Shown here: positions 8,766 to 18,340 of the stretch, in pieces | Numbering within the stretch: the stretch's first letter is position 1 | Layout of the letters: the number at the start of each line of letters is the position of its first letter | Source: Candidatus Latescibacterota bacterium | GTDB lineage: Bacteria; Latescibacterota; UBA2968 | Assembly (NCBI GenBank): GCA_965222605.1 | Contig: OZ244960.1 | Coordinates: forward strand, 4,448,001-4,512,000 | Direction: 5' to 3' | DNA: 64,000 bases | Made by a program: the position numbers and the translations under genes | Notes under the pieces: model-generated | Seen by the model: only the letters and a program-made list of their open reading frames with translations | The model's database searches: none | Told to the model about the DNA's origin: nothing

Positions 8766-9620
8766 CTAATTTTTCAATACAATGAGGACGCGCTGGCCGA
8801 CGAGCAGGGGGTCGGAAAAGGAGATGCTGAGGGTTTGGGCTTCTTTATCCTCGCTGAGTGCGTATTCTTTATCTTTGCCCAGTTTGCCATGGTCGTCGCA
8901 CACGGCGGCGAGTTCACCCTGTACGCTGAAGGCTTTGCCAATCTCAACTTTCATAACGTCGGTGTTGTCAACATCGGGGAAATTTATAATCTTGTAGTTT
9001 TTGCGAATCCTTCGCCATGTATGGAGATACCCCTGTTCTTTCAGTTTATCCTCGGTACCGACATAGACGAGGACTGAACTGATAATTTCCTTGGCATCCT
9101 GAAGGTCTTCTTTGGTGACCTGAAGGTCTTCTTTGGTGACCTGAAGATCTTGTTGCGTGACCTGAAGGTCTGCGCGCAATTTTTCGCTTTCCCGATGGGC
9201 TTTTTCGAGGGCTTCTGTTACGCGTTGAAGGCGATTGGTTTGTTCGAAGAGGCTGTTGCGAAGGCTGTCGCGGGCAGCCTGGACCATTGCGAGATCACCT
9301 TTCAGACTGGTGGTGAGACGGCGATATTCTTTCATCTCATTGGTAACGCGGTGGAGAGTGGTCAGCAAAACTTTATTCGATGTGCTGGTACTATCCATTT
9401 GCGTACGCACGGAATCAATGCGGACATTTAAGTTGTTGACCACCTGATTCAGAGAGTCTATCAGTGCTTCATCGTGTTTGGCTTCTTCTTCTATTTGCAT
9501 GACGTAGGGACTTTCTTTAATAATTTCCTCTTCGCTGGGCAAAAACGCGATGTACAAAAGAAGGGCTACTGCGATGGCGGCAATGCCAACCACCAGGATG
9601 ATTTGCTTGTTGTTCTGCAT
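8766..9620 (-). CDS. Membrane-anchored coiled-coil hypothetical protein
   Basis: Start ATG 9620 preceded by GGAGGA; N-terminal TM helix, long heptad region and a beta-rich C-terminal domain. Confidence 0.75.
   Translation of the reverse strand: MQNNKQIILVVGIAAIAVALLLYIAFLPSEEEIIKESPYVMQIEEEAKHDEALIDSLNQVVNNLNVRIDSVRTQMDSTSTSNKVLLTTLHRVTNEMKEYRRLTTSLKGDLAMVQAARDSLRNSLFEQTNRLQRVTEALEKAHRESEKLRADLQVTQQDLQVTKEDLQVTKEDLQDAKEIISSVLVYVGTEDKLKEQGYLHTWRRIRKNYKIINFPDVDNTDVMKVEIGKAFSVQGELAAVCDDHGKLGKDKEYALSEDKEAQTLSISFSDPLLVGQRVLIVLKN
9098..9170. repeat. In-frame 21-bp tandem repeat (LQVTKED heptads)
   Basis: cctgaaggtcttctttggtga twice exactly, plus degenerate copies. Confidence 0.85.
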
Positions 9621-9744
9621 GATTCCTCCAAAAGAGAGACGGTTGCAAGAAATGAGGACTGTAGGTGTTGGAGAGCAGGGGATTTTCTGTGGGGCTGCCC
9701 CGATCTGGATTAGTTGCATGGTGAAACTGCGTGATCCTCCCTTT

Positions 9745-11172
9745 TTATGGTGTTGTTATAGTTTCGCGGTCGGGGAACCCGCCGCCCAATGCGAGGTGAA
9801 GGTCAATGCGCGCCTGGAGTCGTTGTTGGCGCACAACGAGCAATTGGCTTTCGGCGATGTAAGCCGTGTTGCGCGTTTGAAGCACGGTCAACATGTCTAT
9901 AAGCCCTCTGTAATATCTATCTTCTGCCAATCTACGCGCTTCCCGCGCTTGTTCAGCGGCGGTTTCCAGAGCGGTCTGGCGTTTTGCCAGATGCGCTTCT
10001 GCAGAGAGGGCATTTTCAACTTCGCTATATGCTTGCAAAACGGTTTGGGCAAATATTGCGGCGGCTTCGTTTTTTCTGGCACTGGCCAGGTCGATATTGC
10101 CCTGTATGCGCCCGCCCTGGAAGAGGGGTTGTGTGAGGTTGCCGATCAGGCTCCACACGCTGAAGTCTCCGTTGAGCAGGCTGCCCAATGCGTCGCTGCT
10201 GGTTCCGCTCGAAGCGGTCAGGCTGATGCGCGGATAACGCAGGCGTTTGGCAGCTTTGTGATTGGCCTGAGACGCGGCAAATTGGCGTTCAACTGCAATG
10301 AGGTCGGGGCGTCGAGAAATGAGATCTGCCGGAAGGCCCGCGGGCACTGGATGTGGCACCTGGGGGAGGTCTCCGGCAATGGAGAATGTGCCTGAGGGAT
10401 AGCGACCGATGATTACTTCGAGCTGGCGAATAGCCATTTCATAGCGTTGTTCGCGCTGATGCAGGCGGTCTTGCGATAATGCGAGTTCGGATTGGCTTTG
10501 GCGCATGTCGAGTGAGGGCCGCACCCCCCGTTCGTAGCGCGTGCGTACCTGTTTGTGGCTGGTGAGGCTGTTTTCGTATGTCGCCTGCGCGAGTTCGAGT
10601 TGTCGCCTGGCTTCGATGGTGGCAAACCAGGCTTTGGCGGTTTGTGCAGCCAGTGACATGCGCGCGCCTCGATATGTGGCCTGTGTTGCCTGATAGGTGG
10701 CCTGTGCAGCCGCAGCACTTGCGCCGAGCCGCCCCCAGAGGTCGATTTCCCACGCGGCATTGATGGAAACGCCGTAGGTGGTGCTGGTGTTTGAGAGCAC
10801 CTCACCATCCGCCTGACCGGGGATGGGAAATCCGATGAAGTTTTGTTTGCGTTTTAATCCCGATGATCCCGCGCTGATTTGCGGGTATAGTGGTGCGCCG
10901 GCCATTTTGGCCTGGGCGCGTGCGGCTTTGAGACGCGCTGCAGCAGCGTGCAAGTTGTGGTTGTACGCCAGTGCCTGCGCGATCAAGCTGTCGAGATGGC
11001 TATCGTTAAATGTCGCCCACCAGAGGGTGTCTGCGGGTGTTGTGGTGGCGGGCTTCGTCTGATAAGTTTGAGGTGGCGGAATGGGGGTTTGTTGGACGCG
11101 AGGCGCGGATGCACAAGAGGTTATAAGTGCAAAGCAGAGTGCAAAAAAGTGCCATGTCGCGTGGGTACTCAT
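9745..11172 (-). CDS. Outer-membrane efflux factor lipoprotein (NodT/OprM family)
   Basis: Lipobox LITSC, WWATFND..L, AAWEIDLWGR, PAGLPADLISRRPD, LHLALGGG. Confidence 0.92.
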   Translation of the reverse strand: MSTHATWHFFALCFALITSCASAPRVQQTPIPPPQTYQTKPATTTPADTLWWATFNDSHLDSLIAQALAYNHNLHAAAARLKAARAQAKMAGAPLYPQISAGSSGLKRKQNFIGFPIPGQADGEVLSNTSTTYGVSINAAWEIDLWGRLGASAAAAQATYQATQATYRGARMSLAAQTAKAWFATIEARRQLELAQATYENSLTSHKQVRTRYERGVRPSLDMRQSQSELALSQDRLHQREQRYEMAIRQLEVIIGRYPSGTFSIAGDLPQVPHPVPAGLPADLISRRPDLIAVERQFAASQANHKAAKRLRYPRISLTASSGTSSDALGSLLNGDFSVWSLIGNLTQPLFQGGRIQGNIDLASARKNEAAAIFAQTVLQAYSEVENALSAEAHLAKRQTALETAAEQAREARRLAEDRYYRGLIDMLTVLQTRNTAYIAESQLLVVRQQRLQARIDLHLALGGGFPDRETITTP

Positions 11173-11282
11173 TCTCGATCTCCTGAAAGAAACGGACTGC
11201 TGATCGCTATTTGCCGACCGCGCTTATCATAAAGAAAGTTTTATTTTTGTCAATATATATCGCAATCGGAGAGGATTAGATC

Positions 11283-12230
11283 ATGGCGGCGCATTGTTTT
11301 GAGGGCAGACTCGAGAGCACGTCGGTTAATATAGGATTGACATTGGGATCGGGACAAGTGTTTCGGTGGGGGCGAGATGTCGATGGGTGGTGGAAGGGTA
11401 TTGCTTATGGCGTGGTTGTGCATTTGAAGCAAAAGGGAGACCAGATCGCGTATCGCGCATCATCTGAGCGGGTGGCTACGTACTGTGGCGAGATGGCGAT
11501 TGATGATTTTTTAAGGTGGTATTTAAGGCTGGATCACATGCCCCAGATCAGAGTGCCGCGTGGGGATACCTATTTGCGAAGAGCGCGGGATTTGTTGAAG
11601 GGGCTGCAATTTGTCCGCCAGGATCCTTTCGAGTGTATTATTTCTTATGTTCTCTCGGTTCAAGCACATATGTCGTTGACCAAAAAGCGGATCGGATTTA
11701 TTGCGCGAACCCTGGGCGAGAGACGGATTTTTGAGGGCGAGACGTACTGGACATTTCCAGAACCCGATGCCCTATCTGAGTTGGACGGCGGTTTTTACAG
11801 GCGCCACCGTTTTGGCTGGCGTTCGGAGCGGGTGGCCGAAACTGCGCGTTTTATCGCCGAGGCGGTGCGCGATGGGGCAGATCTGGACACATGGCGGTGT
11901 GTTTCTGATGATTTGCACGCGCTGTCCGGCAGTGGGGTTGGTATTAAGGTGGCGCGGTGTATCGATCTGTTCGCGCTGGATCGGCTCTATGCGGTTCCCG
12001 TTGATACCTGGGTGCGAAAATTTGCCCAAGAATGGTATGGTGTAACGGGTTCAGATGCGAAGATATGCCGGTGGGGCGAGGCGCGATGGGGCAAGTGGGC
12101 GGGCTATTGCAACGAGTATTTGTTCGCGTATTATCGCGAGTTGTATGGCCCAACGCTGTACGATCGGGTGCTTTCTTTTGATGCATCAGATGAAGCGTCA
12201 GCGGTGATGCCGTTTGAAGATACGGGATGA
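11283..12230 (+). CDS. ogg: 8-oxoguanine DNA glycosylase/AP lyase (OGG1-like, HhH-GPD)
   Basis: TLGSGQVFRW (OGG_N), RQDPFECIIS, GVGIKVARC (HhH, catalytic Lys), PVDTWV, WAGY. Confidence 0.8.
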   Translation: MAAHCFEGRLESTSVNIGLTLGSGQVFRWGRDVDGWWKGIAYGVVVHLKQKGDQIAYRASSERVATYCGEMAIDDFLRWYLRLDHMPQIRVPRGDTYLRRARDLLKGLQFVRQDPFECIISYVLSVQAHMSLTKKRIGFIARTLGERRIFEGETYWTFPEPDALSELDGGFYRRHRFGWRSERVAETARFIAEAVRDGADLDTWRCVSDDLHALSGSGVGIKVARCIDLFALDRLYAVPVDTWVRKFAQEWYGVTGSDAKICRWGEARWGKWAGYCNEYLFAYYRELYGPTLYDRVLSFDASDEASAVMPFEDTG

Positions 12231-12236
12231 TTGTTT

Positions 12237-13508
12237 TTACTCCCTCGCGTATTTGGGGTTGCCAAAGCCGTCGTTGACGATGTGGGAACGGGCGGGGATT
12301 TCGGATTTGTCGGGAATGATGAGATCCAGTTCGGTGCTGTTTTCAACGACCGTGCCGTCGCCTACGCGTACGTGATCCCCAAGGATGATTTTTCCCGGAT
12401 TTCGGGAACCAGAACGCACGGTGCCGAGCACGACTGATGACGCGATTTGACAGCCGGTGCCCGTTTCGACAAAACCGTAGATGTCTGTGCCACTGCCGAT
12501 CGTGGAGCGATCGCCTATGACGACGGGGCCGAGCAGGATGGCGTCTGTGCCGATTTTTACAAAATTGCCGATCGTGGGATGTCTTTGTCGCGCTCTTCCT
12601 GTCAATCCGCCGAGTGTGCAGGGATAGATGATGCACCCGTAGCCTATGACACCTGTTTGACCCGTTGTGAGGCCGCGGTGCGGGTGTTCGAGAAAGTTGG
12701 CGTCTGCGATGATGGTTTCTGGATGAATATCTGCCTGATAATAGCGTCCGCCAAGTTCTGAAATGGCACGGGGCAGGAGGGGGATGGGCGTGCAGTCGAA
12801 ATTTTCAACCTCGCCGGTTTGCGTGAGGGCATTGGCGATGTCGTGATAAAACAAAACGCGCCATCCGGGATACGCACTGGCGACGAGTTGCATCTGATAT
12901 GCAAAGGCAGATTGCACGCCCTTTTCGGCCAGAAATACTTCGTAGAGATCAAAGGTGCGCGCTTCAATGGCTTTGTCAATGACGGGCGCAAATGCGAGGG
13001 CGGCGAGGTCGCTGTTATCCAGATTGTGTAATTTGCGTAAATACGCATCCCACACGGCGGGGTCTTTGAGCGATGCAAAGCGGTTCCAGAGTGCGCGGGT
13101 TTTGAGTTGGGGCAGCCGAGAGATGAGCGCGAAGGCCGATTGTAGTGCCACATCTTCTATCGGGCCGTTTTCGCCCTGCGCGGCTTGAAGTGATTGGTAG
13201 ATCATGGCGTAGAGCTGGTCGGCGATTTCTTCGATATTTTCAGTCAGGGTCGCCTGCGCGGCTTCAGACGCATTGTGGGAGCCGGGGGCGACGCATTCGA
13301 GCAGGTTGCCGAGGACGGTTTCGAGCAGATCGCGATTGACAAAACCGCGGCCTGAACGCTGTGAAAGAATCGCGCGATTGATGGGGTCGATGCGAAGAGC
13401 GGTCAGTTCCTCCTCTGTGTAAATCGGTCGAATTTGATCGACGACTTTTTTGAGGAGCGGGCGTTTGCGGTTTGCATACGCGGTGTCGAATAAGGTGGTG
13501 TTGTTCAA
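12237..13508 (-). CDS. Divergent serine O-acetyltransferase-like hexapeptide-repeat protein
   Basis: YPGWRVLFYHDIANAL, DIHPETII, TLGG...RHPTIG and left-handed beta-helix repeats; long unrelated N-terminus. Confidence 0.7.
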   Translation of the reverse strand: MNNTTLFDTAYANRKRPLLKKVVDQIRPIYTEEELTALRIDPINRAILSQRSGRGFVNRDLLETVLGNLLECVAPGSHNASEAAQATLTENIEEIADQLYAMIYQSLQAAQGENGPIEDVALQSAFALISRLPQLKTRALWNRFASLKDPAVWDAYLRKLHNLDNSDLAALAFAPVIDKAIEARTFDLYEVFLAEKGVQSAFAYQMQLVASAYPGWRVLFYHDIANALTQTGEVENFDCTPIPLLPRAISELGGRYYQADIHPETIIADANFLEHPHRGLTTGQTGVIGYGCIIYPCTLGGLTGRARQRHPTIGNFVKIGTDAILLGPVVIGDRSTIGSGTDIYGFVETGTGCQIASSVVLGTVRSGSRNPGKIILGDHVRVGDGTVVENSTELDLIIPDKSEIPARSHIVNDGFGNPKYARE

Positions 13509-13535
13509 AGAAAATTCCTTTGTGATTCTGTTTGT

Positions 13536-14339
13536 TCAACTTCCGGTGGAGCGATAATGGCGCACACCGATTTTCCATATTTGGAGGGCGACTATGAGAA
13601 ATATAACGCAAATTAAGGGCGCGACCCACTGCAAAGCAATGGGAAATCCCATGGGGTCGCCGCGTTCGAGGATTGCCAGTGCTGGAAGATAATTTACACA
13701 CGCGAGGGGTACGATGTAAGTAAAAAATTTGCGAAAATAGGTGCGGTAGATGGGCAAGGGGTACTGTGCGGTCTCCACGCCGCCATAAGTCATGGTGTTC
13801 ATGAGTTCGAGCGATTCGGTGGTCCAAAACGCAATGGTGGCTTGAATGACCATGAGGCCGATGAAGAGGCAAGCCCCTCCAAATATGGCGATTAAGACGA
13901 GATAGACTTTTGGTGCGGACCATGCGATGTCGAGGGTATAACTTGCCCAGGAGAAGACTGCGAGGCCCTGAAGCAGACGGCCGACGCGGCGGAGAGTGAG
14001 TTCATGGCCTGCGAGTTGCAGGGCGGTGCTGCGGGGGCGAAGCAGGAGGCGGTCGAAGTCGCCGCTTTTGACCATGGTGCCGAATATGTCGAAGCCGCGC
14101 GAGGCAGCGTCGGCAAAAGCGAAGGAGATGTTGATGAGGCCGTAGAGAAAGGCTACTTCGGGGAGCGTCCAACCCTGAATGTGTTTGAATCGCGCAAAGA
14201 GGGAGGCGATGGCGAGAAATTCGATGCCGGTAACGAGAAAATGACCAAATGAGAGCATGATGAATGATGCGCGATATTGCATTTGGCTGCGAATAGATTG
14301 GCTGAGATAGTGCATGTAAAGGCGAAGCGCGTTGGTCAT
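13536..14339 (-). CDS. ABC-2 family permease (DUF990-type)
   Basis: QMQYRASF, GDFDRLLLRP, QYPLPIY, YRSTGS C-terminus. Confidence 0.88.
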   Translation of the reverse strand: MTNALRLYMHYLSQSIRSQMQYRASFIMLSFGHFLVTGIEFLAIASLFARFKHIQGWTLPEVAFLYGLINISFAFADAASRGFDIFGTMVKSGDFDRLLLRPRSTALQLAGHELTLRRVGRLLQGLAVFSWASYTLDIAWSAPKVYLVLIAIFGGACLFIGLMVIQATIAFWTTESLELMNTMTYGGVETAQYPLPIYRTYFRKFFTYIVPLACVNYLPALAILERGDPMGFPIALQWVAPLICVIFLIVALQIWKIGVRHYRSTGS

Positions 14340-14343
14340 CGCA

Positions 14344-15171
14344 TTATCCTCCTTGCGCGACGAGGCGGTGAATGCCGCGTGTGAGGACGAGGTGTCCGAC
14401 GGTGATCAGCGCAATCAGATAGGCGATTTGAAACGGCAGATGATACCAGATTTGTTCTGGTGGGATGTGGCCCAGATAGAAGCGAAAGGGGATGTCCATG
14501 ATGTATCTGAATGGGAGGATGTTGATGGTTGCCTGTGCCCAGTCGGGAAAAAAGAGCAAGGGGATTGTGACGCCGCTCAAGAGCCAGGTCAGGGCGGTTA
14601 AGAGGTAGCCTATGCCTTCGCCAGATATGGTCCACAAGAGGGAGATGTTCAGGAGATTGGTAATGGCTGCGCTGATGAGGACGGCAAAGAGCATCGATAC
14701 GAGCCAGGCACATGTAGCCGAAATATTGGGGGGCATTTGAAGGTTAAAGAAAAGACTGGCTGTGATGAACATGGGGAGGGCGCGGAAGACGCCGGGCGCA
14801 GTGCGCTGCGCTATGGCGCGGCTGTACCAGAAGAAATACAGGTTGGCCGGGCGCACGAGTTCATATACGATATTGCCCGAACGCACCATGTCGCGCACGT
14901 CGGGATCGGCATGGATGATTATGAGAACGAGAAATGCCTGGCCGAGCCATATATAGGTGACGACTTCATCGACGGTCATGGGTTGGGGCGCTGTTGTCGA
15001 TCTGTAGAAGGCTTCAAAGATCATGACGCGGATGAGGCCCCAGAAGAGTTGGGTGCCGAATCCCGCGAATGCCGCGGCGCGGTATTGCAGGAGCGCGCGA
15101 AATCTGGCGGAGAGGACGGCTATGTACGATTTGATGGCAAATGATGATGTGCGCTTAGTGATTTTCGGCAT
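14344..15171 (-). CDS. ABC-2 family permease (DUF990-type)
   Basis: LQYRAAAFAG, VRSGNIVYELVRP, LSG..IPL.FFP, QGG C-terminus. Confidence 0.88.
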   Translation of the reverse strand: MPKITKRTSSFAIKSYIAVLSARFRALLQYRAAAFAGFGTQLFWGLIRVMIFEAFYRSTTAPQPMTVDEVVTYIWLGQAFLVLIIIHADPDVRDMVRSGNIVYELVRPANLYFFWYSRAIAQRTAPGVFRALPMFITASLFFNLQMPPNISATCAWLVSMLFAVLISAAITNLLNISLLWTISGEGIGYLLTALTWLLSGVTIPLLFFPDWAQATINILPFRYIMDIPFRFYLGHIPPEQIWYHLPFQIAYLIALITVGHLVLTRGIHRLVAQGG

Positions 15172-16132
15172 AGAGACGCGAGATGATTTCTTCGATGGGG
15201 GTGTTTTCGACAAAGAGGTCGCGCACGGGGTGCTGCGCCGTGATGCGGGCGATCAAATCAGCCGTGGCAATGCGGTCGGGATCAAATGTGAGATGTACGC
15301 GGTGTCCGTCGCGCAATACGACAGATGCGTCGGGGTCAGTGATGTCTTCTGTGCCTTCGAGATCGACGATGAGGCGGCGCTCTGTTGTGACGCGGGCGCG
15401 AAGGCTTTCGAGCGGGCCGTCGGATAGTATCTGGCCCTGTCCTATGACCATTACCCGCGTGCAGAGGGCTTCGATGTCGTCCATGTCGTGGGTGGTGAGG
15501 ATGACGGTGACATCGCGCTCTCGGTTGAGGCGTTTGATAAAGTCGCGCACGGCGAGTTTGGCGACGACGTCGAGACCAATAGTCGGTTCATCTAAGAAGA
15601 GGATTGATGGACGGTGAAGAAGGGCAGCGGCGAGGTCACAGCGCATGCGCTGGCCCAGGCTGAGCTGGCGTACGGGTATGTCGAGAAGCGATTCGAGGTC
15701 GAGAATGGCGATCATTTCATCGCGGGTTTGCGCGTATTGGTGCTGATCGACGCGATAGATATCGCGGAGTAGATCGAAAGATTCGATGACGGGCAGGTCC
15801 CACCACAATTGCGTGCGTTGCCCAAAGACCACGCCGATTTGTGCGACGTGGGCGATGCGTTCTTTCCAGGGGACGCGGCCGAGGATTTCACAGCGGCCAG
15901 AATCGGGAACGAGGATGCCGGACAAGACTTTGACGGTGGTGGATTTGCCCGCGCCATTGGGGCCGATATAACCGATGAGTTCGCCGGGTTCAATGGTGAA
16001 GGAGATGCCGTCGAGGGCAGATATCTGGCGGTAGTTGCGGTGCATGACGCCGCGCAGAGCACCCCATACACCGGGCTGGCGTTGGGCGATTTGGAAGGCT
16101 TTGACGAGGTTTTCGACAATGATGTAGGGCAT
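15155..16132 (-). CDS. ABC transporter ATP-binding protein
   Basis: GPNGAGKST, VVFGQRTQLWWDLP, LSLGQRMR, LDEPTIGLD. Confidence 0.93.
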   Translation of the reverse strand: MPYIIVENLVKAFQIAQRQPGVWGALRGVMHRNYRQISALDGISFTIEPGELIGYIGPNGAGKSTTVKVLSGILVPDSGRCEILGRVPWKERIAHVAQIGVVFGQRTQLWWDLPVIESFDLLRDIYRVDQHQYAQTRDEMIAILDLESLLDIPVRQLSLGQRMRCDLAAALLHRPSILFLDEPTIGLDVVAKLAVRDFIKRLNRERDVTVILTTHDMDDIEALCTRVMVIGQGQILSDGPLESLRARVTTERRLIVDLEGTEDITDPDASVVLRDGHRVHLTFDPDRIATADLIARITAQHPVRDLFVENTPIEEIISRLYAENH

Positions 16133-16261
16133 GGAAGATCGCAATGTGCAGGGTTACAGGCAGGGGCTTACGTCTTTATTAGACGGGTATCTCGGCAAGT
16201 GTGTTTTGGTTTGTGGGAATTTTTTTGGATTGGACGAATCACGCAAGATGTGGTTTTGCAT

Positions 16262-16309
16262 AAAAATAGAGTGCCCGATTCTGTTATGAGAATCGGGCAC
16301 TCACTTTTG
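16262..16309. terminator. Terminator hairpin after the suf operon
   Basis: gagtgcccgattct-gttatg-agaatcgggcactc with A/T flanks. Confidence 0.8.
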
Positions 16310-16329
16310 TAGGGATGGCGTCCAAAGTT

Positions 16330-16914
16330 TTACTGCGTGGTCTGGTAATACGGGTTGGTGCCTTCGGCGTGGTCTGTGATATCGCGGATGTTTGCGATTT
16401 CGGGAACGGCTTCTTTGATCATGACTTCCACACCCTGTTTGAGGGTGACATCGACCATGCCACAGCCCTGACATCCACCGCCAAATTGAAGATAGGCCGT
16501 GTCTTCTTTTACATCGATTAATGACACCTGACCGCCGTGTGCAGCAATGCCCGGGTTGATTTTTTCATCGATTATCATTTGGATTTTTTCTGCCACACTG
16601 CCTTTGAGATGCGGGGGCACTTTGTGTGGGTTGTCAATTTTGAAGCCGCGGCCCATCAGGCCATCGACAAAATCGAGCGTGATGTCCTGGGCATAAGGCA
16701 CGCTGTTTTCGTCAATGTAAACATCGAAGCCGTCGTATGGTATCGCGGTGTCGCGGTCGGTGTCCTGTCCCTCGGCTACAAAAGCGAGGCGGTAGTTGGC
16801 CTGTAAGGGCGATGTTGCTTCGGCAGAGATGCGCACGCCTGTAATCACCTGTTCTTGATCGTGTATCAAGCGGGTGATTTCTGTTTGTGCAATGTCTGTG
16901 ACGGTGATTTCCAT
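16330..16914 (-). CDS. nfuA: Fe-S biogenesis protein NfuA
   Basis: Degenerate A-type N-terminal domain plus NifU-C domain (INPGIAAHGG, GGGCQGCG, TLKQGVE, DITDH..GTNPYY). Confidence 0.9.
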   Translation of the reverse strand: MEITVTDIAQTEITRLIHDQEQVITGVRISAEATSPLQANYRLAFVAEGQDTDRDTAIPYDGFDVYIDENSVPYAQDITLDFVDGLMGRGFKIDNPHKVPPHLKGSVAEKIQMIIDEKINPGIAAHGGQVSLIDVKEDTAYLQFGGGCQGCGMVDVTLKQGVEVMIKEAVPEIANIRDITDHAEGTNPYYQTTQ

Positions 16915-16933
16915 GAAGTTTCTCCTATGTCAA

Positions 16934-17416
16934 TTACGGCATTGTGACTTGCAAGAGTTCGTCTGCTTTATGCGCGAGATGATTTTCGAGTTGGTGTTCA
17001 TCTCCCATCAGGTCTTGCAATGTAATGCGGTCGAGCATCTGGTCAACCACAAATTGGATGGCGTTCCATAGGGAGCGAATTGAGCAATCGACAGAATGTG
17101 TGCAGCAGGTTTCATAACCGGTGTGTTCGTCGCAAAAGCCGTCGTTGAAGAACGGGTCACCGAGGGCACCGAGTACATCGGAGACCAGGATTTCACTGGC
17201 GGGCCGAGCCAATTTATACCCTCCGGCTTGACCTCGCACACTTTCGACGAGGTTGCCCAGGCGCAAGAGGCGGACGAGTTTGCCGACATGAGCGGTGGAT
17301 AATCCTTCGGCGCGGCTGATTTCAGGAATTGCAATGCTGCCACCGGTTTCAGATGCGCGCTGTGCTACCTGCATGAGACAGCGAAGGCCGTATTCTTCTT
17401 GTGTACTCAATTTCAT
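16934..17416 (-). CDS. Rrf2-family transcriptional regulator (IscR-like, Cys-containing)
   Basis: STQEEYGLR, VESVRGQAGGYKLARP, Cys cluster C..CC..C. Confidence 0.88.
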   Translation of the reverse strand: MKLSTQEEYGLRCLMQVAQRASETGGSIAIPEISRAEGLSTAHVGKLVRLLRLGNLVESVRGQAGGYKLARPASEILVSDVLGALGDPFFNDGFCDEHTGYETCCTHSVDCSIRSLWNAIQFVVDQMLDRITLQDLMGDEHQLENHLAHKADELLQVTMP

Positions 17417-17444
17417 ACCAAAACCTTTTCAGTAAGAGGCATTG

Positions 17445-17885
17445 TTAAAACATGCCCAATTCGAGTTTGGCCGCTTCTGACATGCGTTCTGGCGTCCAGG
17501 GGGGGTCGAATACGAGGTCGAGTTTGACATCGTAAACGCCTTCGACAGATCGGGCTGAAGATTCGACCTGTCCGGGCAAAATACCCGCGGCGGGACAATT
17601 GGGTGCTGTGAGTGTCATTTGAACGTAGGTATTGCCATCTTCTTCTACTTTGATTTCGTAGATGAGGCCCAGTTCGTAAATGTCAACGGGGATTTCTGGA
17701 TCATATACTGTTTTGAATGCTTTTACGATTTCTTCTTTTATGGCTTCGGTGTCGATGGGTCCTTCCGACGAGGGGTTTTCTGCGGGTGTTTCCGGTGTTT
17801 CAATATTGTGAATTTCTTCAGCATGGTTGGCGTCATCGCTGGGCTGTGCATTTGTATCTTTGCGGAAGATGTTCAGGAGGCTCAT
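17445..17885 (-). CDS. sufT: SUF-associated DUF59/MIP18 Fe-S assembly protein
   Basis: VYDPEIPVDIYELGLIY, MTLTAPNCP, FDPPWTPERMS. Confidence 0.9.
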   Translation of the reverse strand: MSLLNIFRKDTNAQPSDDANHAEEIHNIETPETPAENPSSEGPIDTEAIKEEIVKAFKTVYDPEIPVDIYELGLIYEIKVEEDGNTYVQMTLTAPNCPAAGILPGQVESSARSVEGVYDVKLDLVFDPPWTPERMSEAAKLELGMF

Positions 17886-17902
17886 GTGTCATCTCTCTGT
17901 GG

Positions 17903-18340
17903 TTATGGGGTTTGGACATTTTCTATGGCTGCCCGAAGCGCGTGCCACGATAGGGTCGCGCATTTGATGCGGGTGGGATAGTCGCGCACGCCGGCAAAAA
18001 CGAATAGTTTGCCCATCTGGTCGAGGCCGAGGTTGCTGGATGGGTCGGTGAGCATCGCTTGAAAGTCTTTGAAATAGGTTTCCGATTCGCCGAGGGTTTT
18101 GCCTTTGATGGTTTCGGTCATTAGAGAAGCCGACGCTTTGGAAATGGCGCATCCCGAACCCTGAAAGCCAATGTCTTTTATGCGGTCGCCGTGGAGTTGG
18201 AGATAAACCTGCACTTTATCGCCGCACAGTGGATTGTAGCCTTCGGCAAAGCGGTCTGCTGGATCGAGTACGCGAAAATTTCTGGGGCTTTTGTTGTGAT
18301 CCAGAATGAGTTGCTGGTAGAGTTCGCGCAAATCTGACAT
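17903..18340 (-). CDS. sufU: SUF system NifU-family protein
   Basis: LYQQLILDHNKSPRN, NPLCGD, GCAISKAS, RIKCATL. Confidence 0.93.
   Translation of the reverse strand: MSDLRELYQQLILDHNKSPRNFRVLDPADRFAEGYNPLCGDKVQVYLQLHGDRIKDIGFQGSGCAISKASASLMTETIKGKTLGESETYFKDFQAMLTDPSSNLGLDQMGKLFVFAGVRDYPTRIKCATLSWHALRAAIENVQTP

Noticed and set aside
9098-9170. 21-bp repeats as a CRISPR array
   Set aside because: Tandem with no spacers, in frame inside a coiled-coil gene, and no cas genes nearby.
9550-10395. 281-aa plus-strand ORF and similar long antisense ORFs (e.g. 20911..21714, 18622..19311, 6379..6981)
   Set aside because: Shadow frames of well-supported genes on the opposite strand, with no protein motifs.
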